Assembly: GCA_022796725.1 (NCBI GenBank)
Contig: JAAWJE010000067.1
Location: 1-19,222 of the forward strand
Length of the DNA stretch: 19,222 nucleotides
Source: Clostridia bacterium
Lineage (GTDB): Bacteria > Bacillota > Clostridia > TANB77 > CAG-508
Reading direction: 5' to 3'
The translations under genes and the position numbers were made by a program. Position 1 is the first letter of the stretch, and each line of letters begins with the position of its first letter. The notes under the pieces were generated by a model. It had not been told where the DNA came from, made no database searches, and worked only from the letters and a program-made list of their open reading frames with translations. Shown piece by piece: positions 1 through 8,093 of the stretch.

Positions 1-140
1 ATTTTAATTTATAATTACTATTATTTCTAATAAATATAAAAATGATTAAGTATTAAAGAGTATAAAAAAATATAGAATAAAATTTAAAAATAAAAAGCTA
101 GTTGCATTAAAATTGCATTAAAACTACTAATTTTATAGAA

Positions 141-179
141 AATATAAAAACGCAAGTCATTGATATAACTGACTTGCGT
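141..179 (-). terminator. rho-independent terminator of the rpsF-ssb-rpsR operon
   Basis: Minus strand reads ACGCAAGTCA-(10 nt loop)-TGACTTGCGT followed by TTTTTATATTTT, about 20 nt after the rpsR stop. Confidence 0.8.
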
Positions 180-197
180 AGTTTTATATTCTCATAA

Positions 198-479
198 TTA
201 GTCTTGTGTATATGGTAATATAGCAATATGTCTTGCTCTTTTAACAGCTAATGTTATAGCTCTTTGATGTTTAGCACAAGCTCCTGTTGCTCTTCTTGGT
301 AATATTTTACCTTTATCATTGATAAACTTCTTTAATTGTTCTCCATTTTTATAGTCTAATTCAAAGTTTTTATCACTACATAAAACACAAACTTTTTTTC
401 TAACTTTTCTAAATTTTGGATTGAAATCATCATCCATATTATTGTTTCTTCTTTTATTGTTTTGTTTTTTGTCTGCCAT
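198..479 (-). CDS. rpsR: 30S ribosomal protein S18
   Basis: The translation has the S18 core (CVLC...IDYKN..LKKFI...GKILPRR.TG.CAKHQR.L..AVKRAR..ALLPY-like). GGGGGA RBS lies 8 nt upstream. rpsF-ssb-rpsR synteny. Confidence 0.95.
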   Translation of the reverse strand: MADKKQNNKRRNNNMDDDFNPKFRKVRKKVCVLCSDKNFELDYKNGEQLKKFINDKGKILPRRATGACAKHQRAITLAVKRARHIAILPYTQD

Positions 480-511
480 TTTTAATATCCCCCTTCTTCT
501 AAAAATTTATT

Positions 512-928
512 CTAGAATGGTAAATCATCATCAGAAGACACTTGAAACTCTTGGCTTTCAGCTACTGTTGTTCCAAAAGTGTTTTCAAATCCATCTCCTG
601 CTCCATCTCTTCTACTATCAGCAAAATATGCTTCTTCAGCAATTACTTCTGTAACATAATGTTTTTGTCCTTGTTCATCATCCCAATTTCTTGTTTGTAT
701 TCTTCCTATTATTCCAACTTGTTGACCTTTTTTGAAATATTTACTACAAAATTCACCTGTTTTATTCCAAGCTACTATTGGTATAAAATCTGCTTGTCTT
801 TCTTCTCCTTGTCTTGCAAATCTTCTATTAATTGCAAGTGTAAAAGATGCTACCAAAGTATTATTTGTTTGAGTATATCTTGTTTCTGGATCTTTTGTTA
901 ATCTTCCCATTAGTACAACTTTATTCAT
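512..928 (-). CDS. ssb: single-stranded DNA-binding protein
   Basis: OB-fold N-terminus MNKVVLMGRLTKDPE.RYT, acidic C-terminal tip DDDLPF, and position between rpsF and rpsR. Confidence 0.95.
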   Translation of the reverse strand: MNKVVLMGRLTKDPETRYTQTNNTLVASFTLAINRRFARQGEERQADFIPIVAWNKTGEFCSKYFKKGQQVGIIGRIQTRNWDDEQGQKHYVTEVIAEEAYFADSRRDGAGDGFENTFGTTVAESQEFQVSSDDDLPF

Positions 929-973
929 TTATTTTTCCTACCTTTCTAAAATTAAAGGCTTTTACTTTTTATA

Positions 974-1258
974 TTAGTCTTCTTTTCTAACAACTATGAA
1001 TTTAAGAATTCCATCTGTAATTCTGTAAACTCTTTCAAGTTCAGCTATAAATTCTGGGTTAGCTTCGAAGTTATATAATACATAATATCCTTCTGAATTC
1101 TTTTTTATTTCATAAGCTAATTTTTTCTTTCCCATTTCTTCAACTGATTCAACTTTACCTTCATTATTAATCATATCAGAAAATTTAGTAATTAATTCTT
1201 TAATTCCTTGTTCTTCTAAATTTGGATTAATAATGATTATACTCTCGTATTTATTCAT
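974..1258 (-). CDS. rpsF: 30S ribosomal protein S6
   Basis: MNKYE.IIIINP...EGYYVL..FEA S6 signature. AAGGAGGTG RBS. First gene of the rpsF-ssb-rpsR operon. Confidence 0.95.
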   Translation of the reverse strand: MNKYESIIIINPNLEEQGIKELITKFSDMINNEGKVESVEEMGKKKLAYEIKKNSEGYYVLYNFEANPEFIAELERVYRITDGILKFIVVRKED

Positions 1259-1325
1259 TATATTCCCACCTCCTTCTGGCTATATAACCCATACATATAA
1301 AGTATGAGTAAGGTTAACGTGTTAT

Positions 1326-1354
1326 ATTTTAACATACAAAATTCGATTTTGCAA
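1326..1354 (-). promoter_or_regulatory. SigA-type promoter of the rpsF operon
   Basis: Minus strand reads TTGCAA-17 nt-TAAAAT with TGT (extended -10) immediately upstream. This leaves a leader of about 60 nt before the rpsF ATG. Confidence 0.6.
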
Positions 1355-1497
1355 GTTTTATTAAAAAGAAAGTATATTTTTTTGTAGATTAGTCAATTAT
1401 ATATTGTACTTTTAGAAATTAAATATCTTTAAACTATATTAATACTAACAATTACTAGTAATTATTTTTATTTTCTATATCATTTCTAAATACATAA

Positions 1498-1543
1498 TAA
1501 AAGACTATTAAAAATATTATTTATAACATTTTCAATAGTCTTT
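1498..1543 (-). terminator. possible terminator after the GT2 gene (long loop)
   Basis: AAAGACTATT ... AATAGTCTTT is a 10-bp inverted repeat with a 24-nt loop, followed on the minus strand by TTTTATTAT. Confidence 0.45.
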
Positions 1544-1551
1544 ACCCATTA

Positions 1552-2613
1552 TTAACTTTCTTTTAGCATTCTATTAAACACTTCTTCACATACAGCATAC
1601 ATGTTATGTTTTTGTGAACTGTTTAAACTATTTCTATATTCTTTTACTTTCCTAATTTTTATTATGGCCTTTTCATAATCTGAATTACTTATACAATCAA
1701 TAATTTCATTAAAATCCTCATTCATTATTATTACTCTATATTCACTTTTCTGTTTAAAATACCAACTAAATAACTTTAATACTTCTATAATTTCTTCATC
1801 AGACTTTAATTCATTTGTATCAATTATTTTACACAAAAAATATGGCATAATTCTTGCACAAAAGAATCTATAGAATCCAGTATTATTTGTTGTTTTATAA
1901 TTTTCGTATATTAATTTATATGCTTCATCCGTTTTTGAAAAGTAATTCTTATTACAATTAGTAGATATTGATACATTCTCTTTGTTTTGTCTATAATTAA
2001 GTATTACATCTTTTATAAAATATCCTTTATCTGTATGAGTATATAGAAATGAAGTAAATATAGCATCCTCAGCTAATGCTCCTTCAGCAAATCTTAATTT
2101 ATTTGTTTCAATAAAATCTCTTTTAAAAATTTTATTCCATACAACTGAATTCATAACAAAAAATGACTTTTTATAATCTGTAATTGTAACTTCAAAATTC
2201 TCTTGAATATCAAACATAGGACTATCCCATTTTTCACCTTCAAATGTTGTATATATATAATTTCCCATTACATATTCTGTATTTACTTTCTCTATTGCTT
2301 TATATAACAATTCACAAGCATTTTTTTCTAAAAAATCATCTGAATCCAAAAACATTATATATTTTCCAGTAGCAATATCAATTCCAACATTTCTCGCACT
2401 TGAAACTCCACTGTTTATTTTATGTATAACCTTTATTCTTTCATCCACATTTTTATACTCATCACATATTTTTCCTGAATTATCCTTTGAACCATCATCT
2501 ACAAGTATAATTTCTAAATTCTTATATGTCTGATTTAATACAGAATCTATACTCTGTCTTATATAATCTTCAACATTATATACTGGTATAATTACTGATA
2601 TTTTATATTCCAT
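1552..2613 (-). CDS. family 2 glycosyltransferase (GT-A fold)
   Basis: N-terminus ISVIIPVYNVEDYI..SIDSVLNQTYKNLEIILVDDGSKD plus a DSDD motif. I moved the start to MEYK (ATG 2613) because GGAGG lies 8 nt upstream; the longer track ORF start (2643) has no RBS. Confidence 0.9.
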   Translation of the reverse strand: MEYKISVIIPVYNVEDYIRQSIDSVLNQTYKNLEIILVDDGSKDNSGKICDEYKNVDERIKVIHKINSGVSSARNVGIDIATGKYIMFLDSDDFLEKNACELLYKAIEKVNTEYVMGNYIYTTFEGEKWDSPMFDIQENFEVTITDYKKSFFVMNSVVWNKIFKRDFIETNKLRFAEGALAEDAIFTSFLYTHTDKGYFIKDVILNYRQNKENVSISTNCNKNYFSKTDEAYKLIYENYKTTNNTGFYRFFCARIMPYFLCKIIDTNELKSDEEIIEVLKLFSWYFKQKSEYRVIIMNEDFNEIIDCISNSDYEKAIIKIRKVKEYRNSLNSSQKHNMYAVCEEVFNRMLKES

Positions 2614-2760
2614 TTTTAAACCTCCAAATCTATTTGAATTCATAGGAACCTTTAAGAAATTATATATTATTTCTAAATAAACATTTTATAAAATTGTATA
2701 TCCATAATAGTTTTATTTTTAATTATTCTAATTAATCTTGTTAATTTTTATAGTTATATT

Positions 2761-3594
2761 TTACTTTTTATATGTTGTTACTTCTATATTTTTTATTATA
2801 ACATCTTTAACTGGTACAGACTTCTCTCCTGTATCACTTTCTTTTACTTTTGTTTTAGCAATTTTATCTACTATATCCATTCCATCAATAACTTGTCCAA
2901 ATACTGTGTATTGTCCATTTAAAGGCATATATCCCCCATAAGTTTTATATGCTTCAATTAATTTATTATCATATCCATAAGATTGTAATGTACTTATCAT
3001 GCTATTATCTGGCTTTGCTTGAGTTATAAAAAATTGGCTTCCAAGAGATGACTTACCATATCCAACACTTGCCATACATAAAGAACCTCTATATGGAACT
3101 AAAGAGTCTGAAATTTCTTCTTCAAATCCTTTTCCCCATATACTTTCTCCTCCAGCACCTGTTCCCTCTGGATCTCCTCCCTGTATCATAAATTGATCCA
3201 TTACTCTATGGAATTTAACACCATCATAGTATCCATTTTTAGCATGAGTAATAAAATTTTTTACTGCCTTTGGTGCTACATCATCAAAAAACTTTACAGT
3301 TATATCACCAAAATCCTTAACATGAATAATTGCAATTGTTTCTCCTTTTTTTGGATTTGCCACTTGTTTTTTTGCATTTTCCATATAATTAATATTTTTG
3401 TTTTCATTATTATCTTTCGTTGTATTAGATGTCTCACTACTTTCCTCATTACTTGATGTTGTTGTGTTTGAAGTCTTATTTTCCTTTTTATTATCTTCCT
3501 TATTCTCTGGGTTCATAATAATAACAGCAACAATAACTCCAATTAGAACAATAGCTATTAAAGCTAATGCAATTTTTCCTCCTGTACTTTCCAA
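2761..3594 (-). CDS. membrane-anchored cyclophilin-type peptidyl-prolyl cis-trans isomerase
   Basis: C-terminal domain has FHRVMDQFMIQGGDP...GG.SIWG cyclophilin motifs. N-terminal TM helix is followed by an N/S/T/E/K low-complexity linker. TTG start with AGGAGGAG RBS. Confidence 0.9.
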   Translation of the reverse strand: MESTGGKIALALIAIVLIGVIVAVIIMNPENKEDNKKENKTSNTTTSSNEESSETSNTTKDNNENKNINYMENAKKQVANPKKGETIAIIHVKDFGDITVKFFDDVAPKAVKNFITHAKNGYYDGVKFHRVMDQFMIQGGDPEGTGAGGESIWGKGFEEEISDSLVPYRGSLCMASVGYGKSSLGSQFFITQAKPDNSMISTLQSYGYDNKLIEAYKTYGGYMPLNGQYTVFGQVIDGMDIVDKIAKTKVKESDTGEKSVPVKDVIIKNIEVTTYKK

Positions 3595-3806
3595 AATAAC
3601 TCCTCCTAATTATAAAATTTTATTTATTATATCAAACTTTTTCACTAAATATCAACCATACTTTAATCTATTTTTTATAAAAAACTAAAAGTTACAAATA
3701 TTATATTTCATATTAAGATTAGAAAATATAAATATAAAAAATGCACTTCAAAATATTAGATTTTTTCTAACATTTATGGTGTACTTAAGTAATAGTTTGA
3801 TAATTT

Positions 3807-4631
3807 TTATTTTTTATCTCCAAATTCATTAGGATTCATAGTAGAACTTGCAAAAAGTTCCATATTATTTATAAATAGCATATCTTGTTTATCAATTGTA
3901 AAATCAAAAACATCTCTATTTTCAGCCATTCTAGTTAAATTAGTTGTTTTTGGTAGTGGTATTATTTCATTTTGCAAACACCATCTTATACATAACTGTG
4001 CAACTGATTTATTATATTTTTTAGCTATTCTAATTAAGTCTTCATTTTGTAACATAGACCCTTTTCCAAGTGGTGCCCACGCTTCTACAATTATATCATT
4101 TTCTTTACAAAATTGTATTGTCTCTGGTCTAGTTAAACCTGGATGATATTCTAATTGGTCAATCATTGGAGCAATTTCACAGTTCTCTAAAATTATTTCT
4201 AAATGATGTTTTAGAAAATTAGAAACACCTATTGCTCTTACTTTCTTTGTTTTATATAAATCTTCTAACGCTTTCCAAGTTTCTATATTTAGTTGTTTAT
4301 CAATATTTTTAGGCCAATGTATTAAAAACAAGTCTATATAGTCTAATTGTAAATTTTGTAGTGAGTTATTAAAAGAATTCATTGTATTTTCATATCCCAT
4401 TGAATCCTTCCATACTTTACTTGTGATAAAAATTTCTTCTCTTTTTATTCCACTTTCCTTTATTGCTTTCCCAATTTCTTTTTCATTTCTATATACTGAT
4501 GCTGTGTCTATATGTCTGTATCCTGTTTCTAATGCTTGTCTTATATTATTAATACATTCTTCACCCTCTATTAATGATGTTCCAAATCCTATTTCAGGTA
4601 TTTTTACACCATTTCGCAATATTAAATCCAT
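3807..4631 (-). CDS. aldo/keto reductase (2,5-diketo-D-gluconate reductase-like, YtbE/YvgN type)
   Basis: AKR signatures: GFGT, YRHIDTA..Y.NE..IG, LQLDYIDLFLIHWP, IPLPKT. It starts 17 nt downstream of the GT4 gene, so it is probably co-transcribed. Confidence 0.9.
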   Translation of the reverse strand: MDLILRNGVKIPEIGFGTSLIEGEECINNIRQALETGYRHIDTASVYRNEKEIGKAIKESGIKREEIFITSKVWKDSMGYENTMNSFNNSLQNLQLDYIDLFLIHWPKNIDKQLNIETWKALEDLYKTKKVRAIGVSNFLKHHLEIILENCEIAPMIDQLEYHPGLTRPETIQFCKENDIIVEAWAPLGKGSMLQNEDLIRIAKKYNKSVAQLCIRWCLQNEIIPLPKTTNLTRMAENRDVFDFTIDKQDMLFINNMELFASSTMNPNEFGDKK

Positions 4632-4648
4632 TTATTTATTATTCCTTT

Positions 4649-5836
4649 CTATTTTTTACATTCTGAATATATATCTATTAATTCATCTATAAACAAGTCC
4701 TGTCTGTAATTGTTTTTAGCATATTCGGCTAAAGTTTCATGGTTAAATTCAATTTCATTATTTAATATTTTTAAAATAGCATTTTTTAATTCTGATATAT
4801 TTTCTTTTTCAACTAATATTCCAACATCTTTGCTAATAAAATCTGGCATTCCTCCTTGATTTGTTGCTATAACAGGAGTACCACATGCAATTGATTCTAT
4901 TGCAACTAATCCAAAAGCTTCTTTTCTTGAAGGGACTACTGAAACATCTGAAATATTATATATTTTTCTTAAATTATCATAAGATTGATTTCCTAAAAAT
5001 ACTATATTTTTTAATCCTAGTTTTTGAGCCATCTCACTTAAATTTTTACGTTCTTCTCCATCCCCAGCAATCAATGTTAAAACATCACTTTTCTCATATT
5101 CTTTTGCTGCTTGTAATAATAAATCAACACCCTTATTTTTAACTAATCTTCCTGCAAAACATACTATTTTATTATATATTTTATCTATATTAAATTCTTT
5201 TAAAACTTCTGTTTTATCATAATCATCTTTGTAAAAATGATTTTCATTATATCCATTAGGTATAGTAATAATTTTATCTTTTTGTTCTTTAAAAATATCC
5301 CCAATAACATCTTTACTATTATTAGATATTGATATAATTTTTCTGCAACCTTTTGCTACTTTATTCATAATATCATGAAATTGAGGCCATACCTCATATC
5401 CCATAATATCAGAACCATGGGAAGTTACTATAACAGGAATATCATACTCTAAAGCAACACTAGATATAATCCATATATGCTGTGCATGTATTATATCTGG
5501 TTTAAATTCTGATATCTCTTCTTCTATAGCTTTTCTAAATGCTTCTTTATATTGTTCTATTTGTTTATCTGTCATATTTCCAAATAACAAACTACTTCTA
5601 GGATGTGGGTCAAAACATGGAAAATTAAATTCCTGCTGACCATCTATTACTTCTTTATATTTAAAAAAAACTGGGTGTAATTTTATATTTTTTAAATTTA
5701 AAAAAACACTTGTATTCTCTGGCGTTATAATACAAACTTCATGTCCTTTTTTTTCTAAACTTCTTGCTATATTTGCAACATATACTCCACTTCCTGAACC
5801 TTGAAATGGAAAGTGATTTGTTAATAATATTTTCAT
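4649..5836 (-). CDS. family 4 (GT-B, group 1) glycosyltransferase
   Basis: N-terminal G-rich loop (FQGSGSGVYV) and the C-terminal GT1 motif VVPSRKEAFGLVAIESIACGTPVIAT..GG.PDFI. Confidence 0.88.
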   Translation of the reverse strand: MKILLTNHFPFQGSGSGVYVANIARSLEKKGHEVCIITPENTSVFLNLKNIKLHPVFFKYKEVIDGQQEFNFPCFDPHPRSSLLFGNMTDKQIEQYKEAFRKAIEEEISEFKPDIIHAQHIWIISSVALEYDIPVIVTSHGSDIMGYEVWPQFHDIMNKVAKGCRKIISISNNSKDVIGDIFKEQKDKIITIPNGYNENHFYKDDYDKTEVLKEFNIDKIYNKIVCFAGRLVKNKGVDLLLQAAKEYEKSDVLTLIAGDGEERKNLSEMAQKLGLKNIVFLGNQSYDNLRKIYNISDVSVVPSRKEAFGLVAIESIACGTPVIATNQGGMPDFISKDVGILVEKENISELKNAILKILNNEIEFNHETLAEYAKNNYRQDLFIDELIDIYSECKK

Positions 5837-5873
5837 ATTTTTTATTCCTTCTGTTCTTTAAATAATCTAACTC

Positions 5874-5903
5874 ATTATAGCATATTTGTTATATTTATGT
5901 CAA
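5874..5903 (-). promoter_or_regulatory. SigA-type promoter of the GT4/AKR operon
   Basis: Minus strand reads TTGACA-18 nt-TATAAT with TGC (extended -10) directly upstream, about 35 nt before the GT4 start. Confidence 0.7.
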
Positions 5904-6032
5904 TTCATGTATTTTTATCAAGCTTCATATTCAAAACGCCTTGAAATTCTATGTTTATCTACTTTTTTATATATGTTAATTTATATATTAAACACATATC
6001 ACTTATACCAATTTATATACATATTTTATCAT

Positions 6033-6076
6033 AAAAAAACAGCACTAAATTATAACAATTCATAGTACTGTTTTTT
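6033..6076 (-). terminator. probable terminator after dapF (A-run/T-run flanked hairpin)
   Basis: ACAGCACTA-(15 nt)-TAGTACTGT forms 8 of 9 bp, flanked by A7 on one side and T6 on the other. Confidence 0.5.
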
Positions 6077-6175
6077 AAATTTAATAGTAAATTATAGTTA
6101 ATATTTTCCATAAAATGTAGACATTTAATATAACATAGGAATTATATGTAAAATATCTTAAATTACATATTATTA

Positions 6176-7027
6176 TTAAAAATCAATAACTCCTTCATAT
6201 ACAGTTACTGCATCTCCTGTCATATAAATATTTTTTGTTTCTTCATCTATATCAATTTTTAAACTGCCACCTTCTAAATCTACTTTTATACTATTCTTTG
6301 TTTTCCTATTTTCAAAACAAGTATATGCAGCAGCACAAGCTCCAGTTCCACAAGCTAATGTCTCTCCTACTCCTCTTTCCCATACTTTTATCCTTATATT
6401 ATCTTGATTTATTATTTGTACAAATTCAACATTAGTTTTACTTGGAAAATATTTATAGTTTTCCACTATTGTTCCTATTTTTTCTACATCAAAGTCCCTT
6501 AAATCATTTATTTGTATTACTGTATGAGGATTTCCCATTGAAAGACAAGAACCTATATACTCTTTATCTTTTATTTTAAATAAAACTTTACTTATTTTAT
6601 TTTGCATTCTATTTTCTCCACAAGGTATATACAATGGAATCTTTTTTGTATCAAGTATTGGAGTTCCCATATCTACTTTTATTGCCATTATTTTTTTATT
6701 TTCTAGTATATAATATACTTTTTTTATTCCTGCCTTTGTTTCTATGCTAATACAGTCTTTTTCTACTAATCCATTGTTATATGCAAATTTAGCTATACAT
6801 CTTATTCCATTTCCACACATCTCTGCTTCTGTACCATCATTATTAAATATTCTCATTTTTATATCTGCTATATTACTTTTATATAATAATATTAATCCAT
6901 CTGCTCCAATTCCATAATGTCTATCACATAAAAATTTGGAAAATATATTTAAGTTATATCTAATATTTTCATCATACTTAATACAAATGAAATCATTTCC
7001 AAGTCCATGCATTTTTGTAAATTTCAT
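6176..7027 (-). CDS. dapF: diaminopimelate epimerase
   Basis: MKFTKMHGLGNDF start motif and both catalytic Cys motifs (CGNGIRC and ACGTGACA). The start is set at ATG 7027 because the upstream GTG overlaps the GAGGTG RBS. Confidence 0.93.
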   Translation of the reverse strand: MKFTKMHGLGNDFICIKYDENIRYNLNIFSKFLCDRHYGIGADGLILLYKSNIADIKMRIFNNDGTEAEMCGNGIRCIAKFAYNNGLVEKDCISIETKAGIKKVYYILENKKIMAIKVDMGTPILDTKKIPLYIPCGENRMQNKISKVLFKIKDKEYIGSCLSMGNPHTVIQINDLRDFDVEKIGTIVENYKYFPSKTNVEFVQIINQDNIRIKVWERGVGETLACGTGACAAAYTCFENRKTKNSIKVDLEGGSLKIDIDEETKNIYMTGDAVTVYEGVIDF

Positions 7028-7072
7028 CAATATAATCACCTCTATTTTAATAGTATGATTTTATAACTTAAG

Positions 7073-7925
7073 TTATGATATATAGTCTGATATTCTTGCA
7101 AACTCTTGAAGTGATAATTTTTCTCCTCTTACCTTTAAATCTAGTCCTAGCTCTTTAAAACATGTTTCTGCTTCTTCTTTTGTTTCAAATATATTATTAT
7201 TTACAAATGCATTTAGTAATGTCTTTCTTTTTTGCATAAATGCTACTTTTATGATTTTAAATAAAATTTTTTCATCTTTTACTTCTATTCTTGGTTTCTT
7301 TAAAATGTCTAGTTTGATAACTGTTGATGTTACCTCTGGTTCTGGAATAAAAGAAGTATTTGGAACATCAAATACCATACTAGGTTCAGAATAATAATTT
7401 ATAGAATATGTTATACTTCCTGTGAACTTTTCACCTGGAATTGCAGTTAATCTTTCAGCAACTTCCTTTTGAATCATCACTGTTATACTTTCAATTTCTA
7501 ATCTATCCTCTAATAGTTTCATAATTATTGGTGTTGTTATATAGTAAGGTAAATTAGCAACAATTTTTACATTTTTTATATTTTCATTTTTATTATCTTC
7601 TATTATTTTTTTCAAATCTATTTTTAATATATCTTCATTTATAACTTCAAAATTTTCATATAATGAAAATCTATCTTGCAATATATTTATCATTCTCTTA
7701 TCAAGTTCTATGCAAATAACCTTAGCATTAGCTTCTAATAAATATTTTGTAAGAGTACCGTAGTCCTGGCCCTATTTCTATTACTAAGTCATTCTTGCAA
7801 ATTTCCGCTGTTTTAACTATACCTAATACTACATTATCATCTATTAAGAAATTTTGCCCTAAACTTTTATTTGCATATAAATTATTCTTTTTCATTATAA
7901 ACTTTGTTTCTTCATACAAATTCAT
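7073..7925 (-). CDS. rsmA: 16S rRNA (adenine1518/1519-N6)-dimethyltransferase RsmA/KsgA, interrupted frame. A +1 shift at CGG (7760..7758) is needed; the ORF pieces are 7728..7973 and 7073..7693.
   Basis: [15 protein letters not shown]|TLTKYL (SAM-binding motif spanning the break) and [10 protein letters not shown]. Skipping one C gives 283 aa. Start is at MNLYEE, with an AGGTGA RBS 6 nt upstream. Confidence 0.85.
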
Positions 7926-7943
7926 TCTTTTATCACCTTTGTT

Positions 7944-7952
7944 ATTATAGCA
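7944..7952 (-). promoter_or_regulatory. extended -10 element (TGCTATAAT) upstream of rsmA
   Basis: Minus strand reads TGCTATAAT about 18 nt before the rsmA ATG. The -35 is poor (TGGATT). Confidence 0.4.
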
Positions 7953-8093
7953 TTTATGTCTAAAAAAATCCACTAATGATTCTAATCACACATTAAAAAC
8001 TTATATTTCTTCTCTAATATTACTTACATTATATTGCTTTTTATTTATCTATAATATAAAATATTAAATAATTATTTATTTTAAGTGGTGAGT

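Noticed and set aside
102-123. Tandem duplication TTGCATTAAAA x2 downstream of the rpsR terminator
   Set aside because: Only two copies of an 11-mer in AT-rich intergenic DNA. No spacer architecture, so it is not a CRISPR array, and I can support no function.
421-901. Plus-strand ORFs 421..654 and 542..901, antisense to rpsR/ssb
   Set aside because: Their translations are F/L/I/S/C-rich low-complexity strings typical of the shadow frame of AT-rich genes. They have no RBS and fully overlap well-supported ribosomal-protein and SSB genes.
1552-2643. Longer N-terminal extensions proposed by the ORF track (GT2 2643, dapF 7039, PBP 8085, TSCPD 10657, J-domain 11616, rsmA 7973)
   Set aside because: In each case an internal ATG has a properly spaced Shine-Dalgarno sequence and matches the family N-terminus. 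The upstream start overlaps the RBS or promoter.
2738-3688. Plus-strand ORFs 2738..2941, 3193..3456 and 3398..3688, antisense to the cyclophilin gene
   Set aside because: Same shadow-ORF composition and no start context. The opposite strand encodes a clear cyclophilin.
4423-5142. Plus-strand ORFs 4423..4692 and 4885..5142, antisense to the AKR/GT4 genes
   Set aside because: Shadow ORFs opposite strongly supported genes.
6235-6435. Plus-strand ORF antisense to dapF
   Set aside because: Low-complexity L/Y/F-rich translation, opposite a conserved dapF.
7728-7973. Treating the split halves of rsmA, hslO (10660..11322 / 11306..11539) and dnaG (16670..17542 / 17505..18449) as independent genes
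   Set aside because: In each pair the conserved family motif runs continuously across the junction once a single C is skipped. The combined lengths match the full-length families, and the downstream halves lack RBSs at their track-assigned Met codons.
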